From positions 1-64,000 of the forward strand of contig JBBQQR010000009.1 in NCBI GenBank assembly GCA_038215615.1: 64,000 nt of DNA, in the 5' to 3' direction. Positions 19,605 to 29,064 of the stretch are shown here, in pieces. The translations under genes were made by a program, and so were the position numbers. The stretch comes from Vulcanimicrobiales bacterium (GTDB lineage Bacteria > Vulcanimicrobiota > Vulcanimicrobiia > Vulcanimicrobiales > Vulcanimicrobiaceae). A model generated the notes under the pieces. That model was not told the origin of the DNA and searched no databases. It saw only the letters and a program-made list of their open reading frames with translations. The first letter of the stretch is position 1; every line of letters begins with the position of its first letter.

Positions 19605-20795
19605 TTGCCCAAACCCAAAGTCGCTTTCGTCGTTCCGCGCTGCGGCGCCGAGATTTTCGGCGGCGCCGAAGTGTACTGTCTGGAACTTGCGCGCCGCCTC
19701 GGCCCATTCTGGGACATCGACGTTCTGACGACGTGCGCGCGCGACTACATGACGTGGAAAAACGACTACCCCGAGGGTCACGCCTACGAAGAGGGAGTCC
19801 ACGTGCAGCGGTTTCCGGTGGATCGCCCGCGCGACGTCGAGCATTTCAACCGGCTCTCCGAGCGTGTCAGTTTCGATGTGGAACGGAGCAGTATCTCGCT
19901 GCAAGAAGAATGGATGCGAGCTCAGGGTCCGGTTTCGGGCGAGCTGGAACGGTACGTGGCTGCGCACCGGTTTCGTTACGACGCCTTCTTTTTTTTCTCG
20001 TATCTCTACGCGACGACGTATGCGCTCTTGCCGCTGGTTGAGGAGAAGGCGTTCTTGGTCCCGTTCGCGCACGACGAGTGGCCGCTGCGCATGCGCATTT
20101 GGGACGAATTTTTCAAGCGTCCGCAGTGTGTCGTTTTTAACACTCCCGAAGAGCACGATTTCGTGCGCGCGCGATTTTCGCGATGGGACGTGGACGGGCC
20201 GATAATCGGCGCGGGCATGCTGCCGCCGCCCTACGCAAACGCCGAGTCTTTCAGATCGCGTTTCGGGATAACCGAACCGTTCATGCTCTATCTGGGGCGC
20301 ATCGATCCATCCAAAGGGTGCGATGTGCTGATCGAGGATTTTGCACGTTTTCGTTCCGCCCACGCGACACCCGCGAAGCTCGTCTTGATCGGCGAGCTCC
20401 ACCTTGTGTCAAAAACACACAACGATGTGTTGGTGCTTGGCCCGGTCGACGATCAGACGAAGTGGGACGCGCTGGCAGCCTGCGATGTGCTCGCGATGCC
20501 GTCCGCCTACGAAAGCCTATCGCTGGCCGTGTTAGAAGCCTGGTCGGTTGGGAAAGCTGTTCTGGTGAACGCCCACGCTGCGGCGCTAGTCGGGCAGTGC
20601 AGGCGGTCCGGCGGCGGCTTATGGTATTCGAACTATGAAGAGTTTGAGGCGGCTTTGACCGTCATGGATGAAGACGTTCGTAAGAAACTGGGAAGACAGG
20701 GTATGGATTTCATTAACGATTCGTGCCGGTGGGACGCCGTTGAAGACGCGTACCGCCGCTTACTTAATCGAAGCGACGAAACAGCCGATATTTGA
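19605..20795 (+). CDS. glycosyltransferase family 4
   Basis: GGAE, YLGRIDPSKG, PSAYESLSLAVLEAW; paralogous to the preceding gene. Confidence 0.9.
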   Translation: MPKPKVAFVVPRCGAEIFGGAEVYCLELARRLGPFWDIDVLTTCARDYMTWKNDYPEGHAYEEGVHVQRFPVDRPRDVEHFNRLSERVSFDVERSSISLQEEWMRAQGPVSGELERYVAAHRFRYDAFFFFSYLYATTYALLPLVEEKAFLVPFAHDEWPLRMRIWDEFFKRPQCVVFNTPEEHDFVRARFSRWDVDGPIIGAGMLPPPYANAESFRSRFGITEPFMLYLGRIDPSKGCDVLIEDFARFRSAHATPAKLVLIGELHLVSKTHNDVLVLGPVDDQTKWDALAACDVLAMPSAYESLSLAVLEAWSVGKAVLVNAHAAALVGQCRRSGGGLWYSNYEEFEAALTVMDEDVRKKLGRQGMDFINDSCRWDAVEDAYRRLLNRSDETADI

Positions 20796-20852
20796 TGAGC
20801 AAGGATTCCAATGGTAAGATGTCTACAGCGGCGCGTGTAGAGGCGGTCGGAT

Positions 20853-21839
20853 TTGGTTAATGGGAAACGTGCGATCGATCTGACATCGAAACGGATCTGC
20901 GTCACGGGTGGGGCCGGGTTCCTTGGCTCCTTTTTAGTGCAATCGCTGCGCGATGCGGGCTGCTCCAATGTCTTCGTCGTCGAGCACGGCGACTACGACC
21001 TCACCAAGGAATCCGACGTAAACCGGCTTTTCGAAGACGAGCGGCCGGAAATCTTATTTCATTTGGCCGCGGTTGTCGGCGGAATCGGCGCCAATCAGGA
21101 AAACCCGGGGTCGTTTTTTTACTCCAACGCTGTCATGGGAATTCAACTTCTCGAATACGCGCGCCGCTTTGCTGTAGAAAAAAGCGTCGTCATCGGAACG
21201 GTGTGCTCGTATCCCAATCTCGCTCCGATCCCGTTCCGCGAAGAATCCTTGTGGGACGGCTACCCGGAAGTGACCAACGCTCCATACGGCATCGCCAAGA
21301 AAGTCTTGCTCGTACAGTGTCAAGCCTACCGCGAGCAGTACGGCATGAATGCGGTCTATTTACTGCCCGGTAATATTTATGGACCGCGCGATAATTTCGA
21401 TCCGGCTTCCTCGCACGTTATCCCCGCAATGATTCGAAACATGCTCGAGGCGAAGGCCCGGAAAGCGAGCGAGATCGTGTGCTGGGGAGACGGTTCGCCG
21501 ACGCGCGAAGTTTTATATGTCGAAGATGCGGCCAAAGGCATCGTCAAAGCATCGCAGCGGTATGACGGCGCCGCGCCTATCAACTTAGGCAGCGGCGAAG
21601 AGATATCCATTAAAGATCTTGCAGAGTTGGTTGCCGAGCTCTGTGGCTACAAGGGCAGCATAAGCTGGGACACGAGCAAACCGAACGGCCAGCCGCGGCG
21701 CAAACTCGATACGACTCGGGCCGAGCAGCACTTTGGATTCCGCGCCGAGACGCCGCTGCGGCGCGGCTTGGCCGAGACGATTGCTTGGTACGAGGGCCGG
21801 CTCTCGGCGGTAAGCGCCAAGGGGGTCGACGCCGAATAG
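20853..21839 (+). CDS. fcl: GDP-L-fucose synthase
   Basis: VTGGAGFLG, HLAAVVGGIGAN, CSYP, YGIAKK, SHVIPAMI, WGDGSPTRE. Confidence 0.9.
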   Translation: MVNGKRAIDLTSKRICVTGGAGFLGSFLVQSLRDAGCSNVFVVEHGDYDLTKESDVNRLFEDERPEILFHLAAVVGGIGANQENPGSFFYSNAVMGIQLLEYARRFAVEKSVVIGTVCSYPNLAPIPFREESLWDGYPEVTNAPYGIAKKVLLVQCQAYREQYGMNAVYLLPGNIYGPRDNFDPASSHVIPAMIRNMLEAKARKASEIVCWGDGSPTREVLYVEDAAKGIVKASQRYDGAAPINLGSGEEISIKDLAELVAELCGYKGSISWDTSKPNGQPRRKLDTTRAEQHFGFRAETPLRRGLAETIAWYEGRLSAVSAKGVDAE

Positions 21840-21846
21840 TGCGGGT

Positions 21847-22995
21847 GTGGAGCAATCCGACCCCGCCCGGGAAATAGCCGAACTCAGAGCCGCGCTGTCG
21901 GCGCGCGACGCGCGCCTGAAGAACATGGTCGCGCAAGAGAAAGAACTGCGCGCCGTGCGGAAGGCCGCGGAAGAGCGCGCCAAAGCTCTCGAGGAGCTGA
22001 TGGCGGCGCTCGACGATCGCGATCGCCGGGCCAAGGCGCTTCAAGACGCCGCCGACCTCGGCGAGCAAAAGATCCAGGAACTCACTGCAACGCTCCAATC
22101 GTTCGAGGTCTTTCGCAAAGCCGCCGAAGCCCGCGAGCTCGTGATTTCGGAGCTCAAGGCCGCGCTCGCCGAGCGCGATGGGCACGCCAAACACTTGCAG
22201 GAAGCCGTTACCGAACGCAACGCGCGCCTTACGGAATTAGCCAACCGCGCCGAGTCTCTCGAAGATTCGCGAGCTGCCGCCGAAGCACGCGAGCGTGTTA
22301 TCGCTGAGCTAACCGCGGCGCTGGAAGAAACGAACCGGCGCGCGACCATGCTGCAAGAAGCTGCCGACGCCCGCTTGCAGAAACTGCACGAGGTCCAGGC
22401 GGCTGTTTCTTCCATGCATGACATTTATGCCGTCGCGCAAGAACGCGAACGCGTCATTACGGAACTTCAAGCCGCCGCCGCCGCCGGTCTTAAAGTGGCG
22501 CAGGAACGCGTGCGCGTCATTGCTGAGCTTCGCGCCGCGCTCGCGGAAACCGACGCGCGTGCCAAAACTTTGCAAGAGGCCGCCGACCTGCGCGGACAAA
22601 AGGTCGAAGAGCTTTCGGCCGCTTTGGAAAAGCAGAACGGTCGGGTGACCGAACTTGAAGCTGGCGCGAACAATTTCCAGGAGATGCATGCGACCGCTCA
22701 AGAACGCGAGAAGATCATCTTCGAGCTCAACGCGGCTCTGATCGAACGAGAGAAGAACGCGCAGAAAATCCTGGCGGCTGCAGGAGAACGGGAGACGCTG
22801 ACCCTGGAACTAACCGCAGCGCTTGAAGAGCGTGACCGCCGGATCGCGCAGCTCGAGCGCGTCGCCGAGGAAAGATTGGTTGCGCTTCAAGAAACCGATA
22901 AGGGCTTGCAGGCGATTACGGCCGAGGCCGACCGCCGCGCGATTATGCTCTCCGAGGTAACGTCCTTGCTGCGCGAAAAAACTGACGAAAGTTGA
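21847..22995 (+). CDS. stand-alone long coiled-coil repeat protein
   Basis: 382 aa, Ala/Glu/Leu/Arg-rich, with repeated A(E/Q)xRxxVIxELxAAL and LQEAAD units. Confidence 0.8.
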   Translation: MEQSDPAREIAELRAALSARDARLKNMVAQEKELRAVRKAAEERAKALEELMAALDDRDRRAKALQDAADLGEQKIQELTATLQSFEVFRKAAEARELVISELKAALAERDGHAKHLQEAVTERNARLTELANRAESLEDSRAAAEARERVIAELTAALEETNRRATMLQEAADARLQKLHEVQAAVSSMHDIYAVAQERERVITELQAAAAAGLKVAQERVRVIAELRAALAETDARAKTLQEAADLRGQKVEELSAALEKQNGRVTELEAGANNFQEMHATAQEREKIIFELNAALIEREKNAQKILAAAGERETLTLELTAALEERDRRIAQLERVAEERLVALQETDKGLQAITAEADRRAIMLSEVTSLLREKTDES

Positions 22996-23885
22996 CCGAC
23001 TCCGCACTTCCGCTGGTAAGCATCGTTACGCCTTCGTACAATTGCGCTCCATTCTTGGAAGAGTGCATTGAAAGCGTGCTCGCTCAGGACTACCCGAACA
23101 TCGAATACATCGTTATGGATGGCGGCTCGACCGACGAAACGCCGGCGATACTCGACCGTTACCGCGACCGCGTCGCGCGAATGCATTCCGCGCCTGATTT
23201 CGGGCAGGCCCAGGCGGTCAACCGCGGCTTGGGGGCCGCCACGGGCGAAATCGTCGCATTCCTCAATGCGGACGACGCGTATCTTCCTGGGGCCGTGTCT
23301 GCTGCCGTGCGTTACATGACGGCCCACCCGCAAGCAGTCGTCGTGTACGGAAACGGCTTCCACGTATCGGAAGATGGCGCGACGCTCGCGCCGTATCCGA
23401 CTCAAGATTTCGACCGCGAGGCGCTGCGCCGGAGCTGCTTCATCTGCCAACCGGCCGCGTTCATCCGGCGCCAAGCGTTCGCGCACGCCGGCGCGCTCGA
23501 CCCGGCGCTGCATTATGTGCTGGATTACGATCTGTGGATCCGGCTGGCGGCGGTGGGCGAGTTCATGAGAATCGAACCGTATCTTGCCAAGTCGCGCGTG
23601 CATGGCGCCAGCAAATCCGTTTCCGACCGCGCGGCATTTTATCGTGAGATCTTCGCGCTGCTGTTGCGGCATTTTGGCTACGTCCCCTACGAGTGGGTGC
23701 AGGGGTATGCGAGTTATTTGGTCGAGCGCAAGGACCAATTTGTCGCCAAGCCAGGGCATACGTTCGTTAGCGCGGCGCTCGCTTTGCTGATCGGGAGCTG
23801 GATCAACCGCGGCCGCATTGGCACCTTTTTCAAGGATTGGCTGGCCCACCGCACCATCGGTAATACATTATTGCAGCGCCCGTGA
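22992..23885 (+). CDS. glycosyltransferase family 2
   Basis: VSIVTPSYN, DGGSTD, FLNADD, ICQPA. Confidence 0.92.
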   Translation: MTDSALPLVSIVTPSYNCAPFLEECIESVLAQDYPNIEYIVMDGGSTDETPAILDRYRDRVARMHSAPDFGQAQAVNRGLGAATGEIVAFLNADDAYLPGAVSAAVRYMTAHPQAVVVYGNGFHVSEDGATLAPYPTQDFDREALRRSCFICQPAAFIRRQAFAHAGALDPALHYVLDYDLWIRLAAVGEFMRIEPYLAKSRVHGASKSVSDRAAFYREIFALLLRHFGYVPYEWVQGYASYLVERKDQFVAKPGHTFVSAALALLIGSWINRGRIGTFFKDWLAHRTIGNTLLQRP

Positions 23886-25084
23886 TGGAAAACGAAGCGC
23901 TCCCGCTCGTAACGGTCGTCACGCCGTCGTTCAACCAGGCCAGGTTTATCAAGGCGACGATCGAGAGCGTGCTTTCGCAAGACTATCCCAACATCGAATA
24001 CATCATCGTCGACGGCTGCTCGACCGACGGGACGAGCGCGGTCGTCGCGCCGTACAGCGATCGTCTCACGTTTCTCTCGGAAAAAGACCGCGGGCAGGGC
24101 GATGCGATTAACAAAGGCTTTCAAATGGCGAGCGGTTCGATCGTCGCGTATCTCAACTCTGACGATATCTTTCTGCCGGGAGCGGTAAGCGCGGCAGTTG
24201 CGGCTCTGCAAGAAAACCCGGAATACGGCGCCGTCTACGGTGAAGGCTACAGGATTGACGCCGGCGGGAACGTCATCGCGCGGTTTGAAGTGACCGAAGA
24301 ATACAACCTATGGAAGCTCGTCAACGTTTCCGACTACGTTTTGCAGCAGACGGTGTTCTGGCGGCGATCGGTTTTCGATACGATCGGCTTTTTCGATCTC
24401 GACCTGCACTATGGTCTCGATTGGGAGATCCTCATGCGCACCGGCAAGCGCTACGTCATGGGATATATCCCGCAATTCATGGGCTGCATTCGAGAGTACC
24501 CTGAAGCGAAAACGTCAGCCGGCGGCGCGCAGCGCTTTCGGGAGATCGCGCGCATATTGCGAACGCAAAGTTCCTATCGTTTCCCTCCGGCATATTTCAT
24601 TTACGGCTTGGACACCTATGAAAAAATCGTCTGTCGTCAGATTGGCGTGCTTTTCGGCTGGTGGCCGCGGCTCGCGCGCAAGCTCCAGCGCGGCGTTCTG
24701 CGCGTGTCCCACCATTGGATCGGGCAGGCCGCGACGCACTCGCAAGGGCTCTATTCCGACGGCTGGGCGTCGACGCGCGTGCATCTCATGCTGCCGCCCA
24801 GCGATGGCCGCTATATCGAGCTGACCGTTACGCTTCCTCCGTCCCCCGTCGCGCGCCAATCGATCGAGGTGCGAATCGGCCGGCGCGTTTTTGCGCGGGA
24901 AAGCTTTGGGGAAGGCACTTTTACGCTCAGCATTCCGGTTCCCGAAGATCTCTGGGACACCGCGCTAACGTTTCTCGTCGAAACGCGCAGGTATTTCACT
25001 CCGGAGGGCGCCGACCGCCGGCGCCTCTGCTATCTCTTGGAGGGCGCGCGCTACAGCGAGCGCTACCAGCTACCCGGGGGTTAG
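23882..25084 (+). CDS. glycosyltransferase family 2 with C-terminal beta domain
   Basis: VTPSFNQ, DGCSTDG, YLNSDD; C-terminal GLYSDGW...DRRRL domain. Confidence 0.9.
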   Translation: MMENEALPLVTVVTPSFNQARFIKATIESVLSQDYPNIEYIIVDGCSTDGTSAVVAPYSDRLTFLSEKDRGQGDAINKGFQMASGSIVAYLNSDDIFLPGAVSAAVAALQENPEYGAVYGEGYRIDAGGNVIARFEVTEEYNLWKLVNVSDYVLQQTVFWRRSVFDTIGFFDLDLHYGLDWEILMRTGKRYVMGYIPQFMGCIREYPEAKTSAGGAQRFREIARILRTQSSYRFPPAYFIYGLDTYEKIVCRQIGVLFGWWPRLARKLQRGVLRVSHHWIGQAATHSQGLYSDGWASTRVHLMLPPSDGRYIELTVTLPPSPVARQSIEVRIGRRVFARESFGEGTFTLSIPVPEDLWDTALTFLVETRRYFTPEGADRRRLCYLLEGARYSERYQLPGG

Positions 25085-25948
25085 CAAAAAGACCCTGAAG
25101 TTGAGGATGCGCGGATCGCTGCCGGTTTTCTGGCCGCCGCCCGTGACGTGCAGCGTGAAAGCGTTCGCCCCGGATTTCACGGGAACAGAAAATGTTGCGT
25201 TGCCTTTTTTGTCGGGATTGATCGTCGCGACCGTCGCTCCCGAAGCATTGCGAACGGCGATTGCGAGCTGATGGCCGGCCATTCCGGGTCCCGGAAGCGT
25301 AACGATGTGGATCTTTTGCGTCTTCGATCCAGTCGACGTCACGGTAAACGCGGCGTCGTTGTCCACCCAGCGGAACGTCTGTCCTGCGTACCGTTCCACG
25401 ATGTCCCAATTGCCGCCCAGGGTAATGCCGCTGCCCGGATCGACGACGTCGGCATCGGCTACGGTGAAGACACGGAAATTGAGAATGCGCGGATCCGACG
25501 TGTGTTTGCCGCCGCCGTTCACGTGCAGCGTAAATGTCGAGGGCGATCCAGGATGTACGGGGACGGGCGCCATGACCCATTGATGACCGGCAACGGGAAG
25601 CGATGCAACGGTCTTTCCTTTTTCCACGATCTGCAGCGTAAATTTTTTCGTTCCCAAGCTGGGCCCGGCTTCGAGCTCGAGCGCGACGTCCTTGACGTTC
25701 GTGCGCGGATTCTTCACGATGATTTCGGCGTTGTTGTCGACCCAGCGAAACGTCTGACCGGCGAACGTTTCATAGAGATACCAGCCTTTGCCCAAGGCCA
25801 GGTCGTTGGTGTCGTCGACAACGTCGGCAATCTTACCGGTGAGCGGTCCACTCTTGGTCGCCGCGGGCGCCGGCGCGGTTGCATTCGATCCGCTGCAGGC
25901 GGCGAGCGCCGCAATCGAAAGTAAGATACAGGCGCGGAATAACGTCAT
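25070..25948 (-). CDS. lipoprotein with two GWYxxE...RILNFRVF modules
   Basis: Lipobox LAAC and a Pro/Ala linker, then LGKGWYLYETFAGQTFRW...DPRILNFRVF and LGGNWDIVERYAGQTFRW...DPRILNFRVF. Confidence 0.85.
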   Translation of the reverse strand: MTLFRACILLSIAALAACSGSNATAPAPAATKSGPLTGKIADVVDDTNDLALGKGWYLYETFAGQTFRWVDNNAEIIVKNPRTNVKDVALELEAGPSLGTKKFTLQIVEKGKTVASLPVAGHQWVMAPVPVHPGSPSTFTLHVNGGGKHTSDPRILNFRVFTVADADVVDPGSGITLGGNWDIVERYAGQTFRWVDNDAAFTVTSTGSKTQKIHIVTLPGPGMAGHQLAIAVRNASGATVATINPDKKGNATFSVPVKSGANAFTLHVTGGGQKTGSDPRILNFRVFLLTPG

Positions 25949-25968
25949 AGCGCAGAGAATCCACTTTT

Positions 25969-26763
25969 ATGACTGAAAACCCTTCCGCTGCGCTCGGAAC
26001 GCGGTTTTACGAGCTCGTCCATATATTGACGCTCCGCAATTTAAAAGTGCGCTATCGCGGTTCGGTGCTCGGCATCTATTGGTCGTTGCTCAATCCGATC
26101 ATCATGACAGCCGTGTATTCGGCGATTTTCAGCGCGACGTTTCAACGTTACTATCAGGGATCGGCGCTGCGCTACGCGCTGGCGGTTTTCATCGGTTTGG
26201 TCGCCGTCAATTTCTTTTCAGCGGCAACCACTTCGGCGCTGCCGGCTCTCGTATCCGGCGGCCTGCTGCTGAACAAAATAAAACTTCCGCCCGCTATTTT
26301 CCCGATCTCAATGGTCGCGGCGCAATCGTTTCAGCTGCTCGTCGGAATTTTGCCGGCACTTGCGATTATCACGGTGCTGATTTCGCGAAACGCATATCAC
26401 GTGCTGCTGTTGCCGCTGCCGGTCGCCGCGTTGATCGTCCTCAGCATGGGCGTCGCCTTTTTCGTCAGTGCGCTGTACGTGTTTTTCCGCGACATTCCAT
26501 ATCTCTACGAGCTCGTCACGTTTTTGCTCTGGCTAACCGTGCCGATCTTTTATCCCGTAGCGATCGTTCCGGAACAAGTGCGCGCATTTTTGTGGATCAA
26601 TCCGCTCTATCCGATCATCGAGAGTTTGCGGCAAATCGCGCTCGAACGCGCTATGCCTGACTTCCGCCTGATCGGCATTGCGGCGCTCGAGGCGATCGTT
26701 GTGCTGGCTTTGGGCTGGCTGGTCTTCGCGGCTAACCGGCGCAAGTTCATGGACTTCGTCTAA
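25969..26763 (+). CDS. wzm: ABC-2 polysaccharide export permease
   Basis: RNLKVRYRGSVLG..WSLLNP, FFRDI, PIFYP, INPL. Confidence 0.9.
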   Translation: MTENPSAALGTRFYELVHILTLRNLKVRYRGSVLGIYWSLLNPIIMTAVYSAIFSATFQRYYQGSALRYALAVFIGLVAVNFFSAATTSALPALVSGGLLLNKIKLPPAIFPISMVAAQSFQLLVGILPALAIITVLISRNAYHVLLLPLPVAALIVLSMGVAFFVSALYVFFRDIPYLYELVTFLLWLTVPIFYPVAIVPEQVRAFLWINPLYPIIESLRQIALERAMPDFRLIGIAALEAIVVLALGWLVFAANRRKFMDFV

Positions 26764-27536
26764 TGCCCGATCCAGCAGTCGCACTAAAGGGCGTCTCGCT
26801 CGAGCGCTTAATGCGCGACGAGTACGCTTACGATCTCAAGAATCAAATCTTTTCCATTCTGGAAGGCCGCCATCAGAAACAAACCCGCAAAGCGGTGCTT
26901 TGCGATATCGACCTCGAGATCGCACGCGGCGAGAAGGTCGGCTTAATCGGGGCCAACGGTGCGGGCAAATCGACGCTGCTCAAAACGATCTGCGGTATTC
27001 TTTATCCGACGAGTGGAGAAGTAAGCACGAACGGCAACATCGTTCCGTTGCTGGAATTGGGCGCCGGCTTCGACCCCGAGCTGCCGGTGATCGAAAACAT
27101 CATTCTCTACGGCGTGCTGCTCGGTTCGTCGCGCAAGGCGATGATCGAAAAAGTGCCCGGCGTCTTACAGTTTGCCGAACTTCAGAACTACGGCTCGGTG
27201 CCGGTGAAGGTGCTCTCTTCGGGCATGGCGGCCAGGCTGGGCTTCGCGATCGCGACCGACGTGCAGCCCGACATCTTGATCCTCGATGAGGTGCTCTCCA
27301 TCGGGGACGAGCATTTCAAACAGAAGTGCCGGCGCCGGCTCGATCAGTTTTGGCACGAGCACGTTACCGTCATCGTGGTCTCGCACGAACTCGAGTTCAT
27401 CCGCCAATCGTGCGACCGGGCCATTTGGCTGGAGAACGGCCGCGTCGCCTACGACGGCCCCGCCCGCGAGACGGTTATGCGCTACCTGTCGTCCATCGAG
27501 CGGCAGGCCATGGAAGCCATCGCGAGTCTACGCTAA
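26763..27536 (+). CDS. wzt: polysaccharide export ABC ATPase, without C-terminal CBM
   Basis: GANGAGKST, LLELGAGF, LSSGM.ARLGF, LILDEVLSIGD, VSH. Confidence 0.9.
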   Translation: MPDPAVALKGVSLERLMRDEYAYDLKNQIFSILEGRHQKQTRKAVLCDIDLEIARGEKVGLIGANGAGKSTLLKTICGILYPTSGEVSTNGNIVPLLELGAGFDPELPVIENIILYGVLLGSSRKAMIEKVPGVLQFAELQNYGSVPVKVLSSGMAARLGFAIATDVQPDILILDEVLSIGDEHFKQKCRRRLDQFWHEHVTVIVVSHELEFIRQSCDRAIWLENGRVAYDGPARETVMRYLSSIERQAMEAIASLR

Positions 27537-27617
27537 CCTCACTCTAACCGGCTGGCCCGCTTGCCATGCAAACGGCCGGAGCCCGGCGAACGTTATGCTT
27601 TCATGAAACACGGCCTT

Positions 27618-28925
27618 ATGAAACGCGCGGCCTTTGTCGCAGCCATCCTTTTCGCAGTACCGGGCGGCGTATGGGCGGCGCCGCAGGGCCTCGCTTCGGG
27701 CGACCTGCTGCAGAGCTACGAGCTGCTGACAACGACGTACTATTCAAAGGTCGATATTCAGGCGATGCTCGACGGAGTGCGTAAAGCGCTTAACGCCGAG
27801 CTGCAGAAGCGCGGCGCCGATCCGTCGCTGCCGGCCATGCGCGCGAAAAACGGCGCCGGCGAAAACGTCGCGCAGATCGCGGCTGAAATCGTTCGCGCGC
27901 AAAACGCGACGCACGAGCCCGAGACGGCCCTCACCTACGCCGCCATTCGCGGCATGGCCGGAGCTCTGGGCGACCAGTACACGGCGTTCTTCACGCCGGA
28001 CGAATACCAAAAGTTTAACCAGGCGCTAGACCCCGAGAAAATCTCCGGCATCGGCGTCCTTATCGAACCCGACCCCGCCACGAAATATATCCGCGCTTTT
28101 TACGTCGTGCCGGGAACGCCGGCCGACCGGGCGGGCATCCAATCCGGCGATGATTTCCTTTCCGTCAACGGCACGTCCACGCAAGGGTTGAAGCAAGAAG
28201 ACGCCGTCAAACTTTTGCGCGGCGCATCCGGTACCGTCGTGCGTTTGCAGGTTCAGCGCAACGGCGCTTCAGTCGAAACATTGTCGGTAACGCGCAGCGA
28301 CGTGCAGCCGCCGACGGTCATCTATAAGATGTTGGCCGGTCACATCGGCTACGTGGCGATCCTCACGTTCGGACGCGACACGCCCGATCAGTTCGGAATG
28401 GCGCTCAACCGTTTGAACGACCAAGGCGTGCGCGGTTACGTGCTCGACTTGCGCAACAACGGCGGCGGTTACGTGAACTCGGCGCTCGACATCAGCTCGA
28501 AGTTCATCAATAACGATCCGCTGCTGACGGTCGAAGAGCGCGGCTCGCGCGTTTACACCGTGCAGGCCCCGCAAACCGCAGTGCCGCCCAAACCCATGAC
28601 GATTCTCGTCAATCGCTACACCGCATCGGCTTCGGAAATAACCGCCGGCGCGCTGCAAGACGACGGCATCGGCGTCCTCGTCGGCGAGAAAACCTTCGGC
28701 AAAGGCGTGATGCAGTCGCTTACGCAGCTGCCTGACGGCGCCGCGATCAAAATCACGACCGCGCATTACCTCACGCCGAAGAACCGCGACATCAACCTCA
28801 AGGGCATTGTGCCGGACTTTGCGGTGACCGAGAATCAGGGTGCGCGCTTCGGCGACGCGACCAACGACGCGCAGCTGCAAGCTGCAATCGCGATCCTGAC
28901 CAAGAAAATAGCCGCTTCTAACTAG
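27618..28925 (+). CDS. ctpA: S41 carboxyl-terminal processing protease with PDZ domain
   Basis: Signal peptide, SGIG (PDZ), LDLRNNGGG, TASASEI, TFGKG. Start could be 27603. Confidence 0.9.
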   Translation: MKRAAFVAAILFAVPGGVWAAPQGLASGDLLQSYELLTTTYYSKVDIQAMLDGVRKALNAELQKRGADPSLPAMRAKNGAGENVAQIAAEIVRAQNATHEPETALTYAAIRGMAGALGDQYTAFFTPDEYQKFNQALDPEKISGIGVLIEPDPATKYIRAFYVVPGTPADRAGIQSGDDFLSVNGTSTQGLKQEDAVKLLRGASGTVVRLQVQRNGASVETLSVTRSDVQPPTVIYKMLAGHIGYVAILTFGRDTPDQFGMALNRLNDQGVRGYVLDLRNNGGGYVNSALDISSKFINNDPLLTVEERGSRVYTVQAPQTAVPPKPMTILVNRYTASASEITAGALQDDGIGVLVGEKTFGKGVMQSLTQLPDGAAIKITTAHYLTPKNRDINLKGIVPDFAVTENQGARFGDATNDAQLQAAIAILTKKIAASN

Positions 28926-28982
28926 GCCTCGGGCCGCGTTAGGCGGGGGCGTGCGCAGCGCGACTCGAAGGTTCATGAGCGA

Positions 28983-29055
28983 GGGCGATTAGCTCAGCTG
29001 GTAGAGCGCTTGCTTTACACGCAAGATGTCGGCGGTTCGAGCCCGTCATCGCCCA
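28983..29055 (+). tRNA. tRNA-Val(TAC), CCA not encoded
   Basis: Acceptor GGGCGAT/ATCGCCC, D arm AGCTCAGCTGGTAGAGC, anticodon stem CTTGC/GCAAG with TTTACAC loop, T loop GGTTCGAGCCC. Confidence 0.97.
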
Positions 29056-29064
29056 CATAAGAAT

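Noticed and set aside
28926..28972. GCGCAGCGCGACTCGAAGG upstream of tRNA-Val as another repeat copy
   Set aside because: It has a GCGCAGC loop and TCGAAGG but no matching (T/C)GAG arm or TGTC tag.
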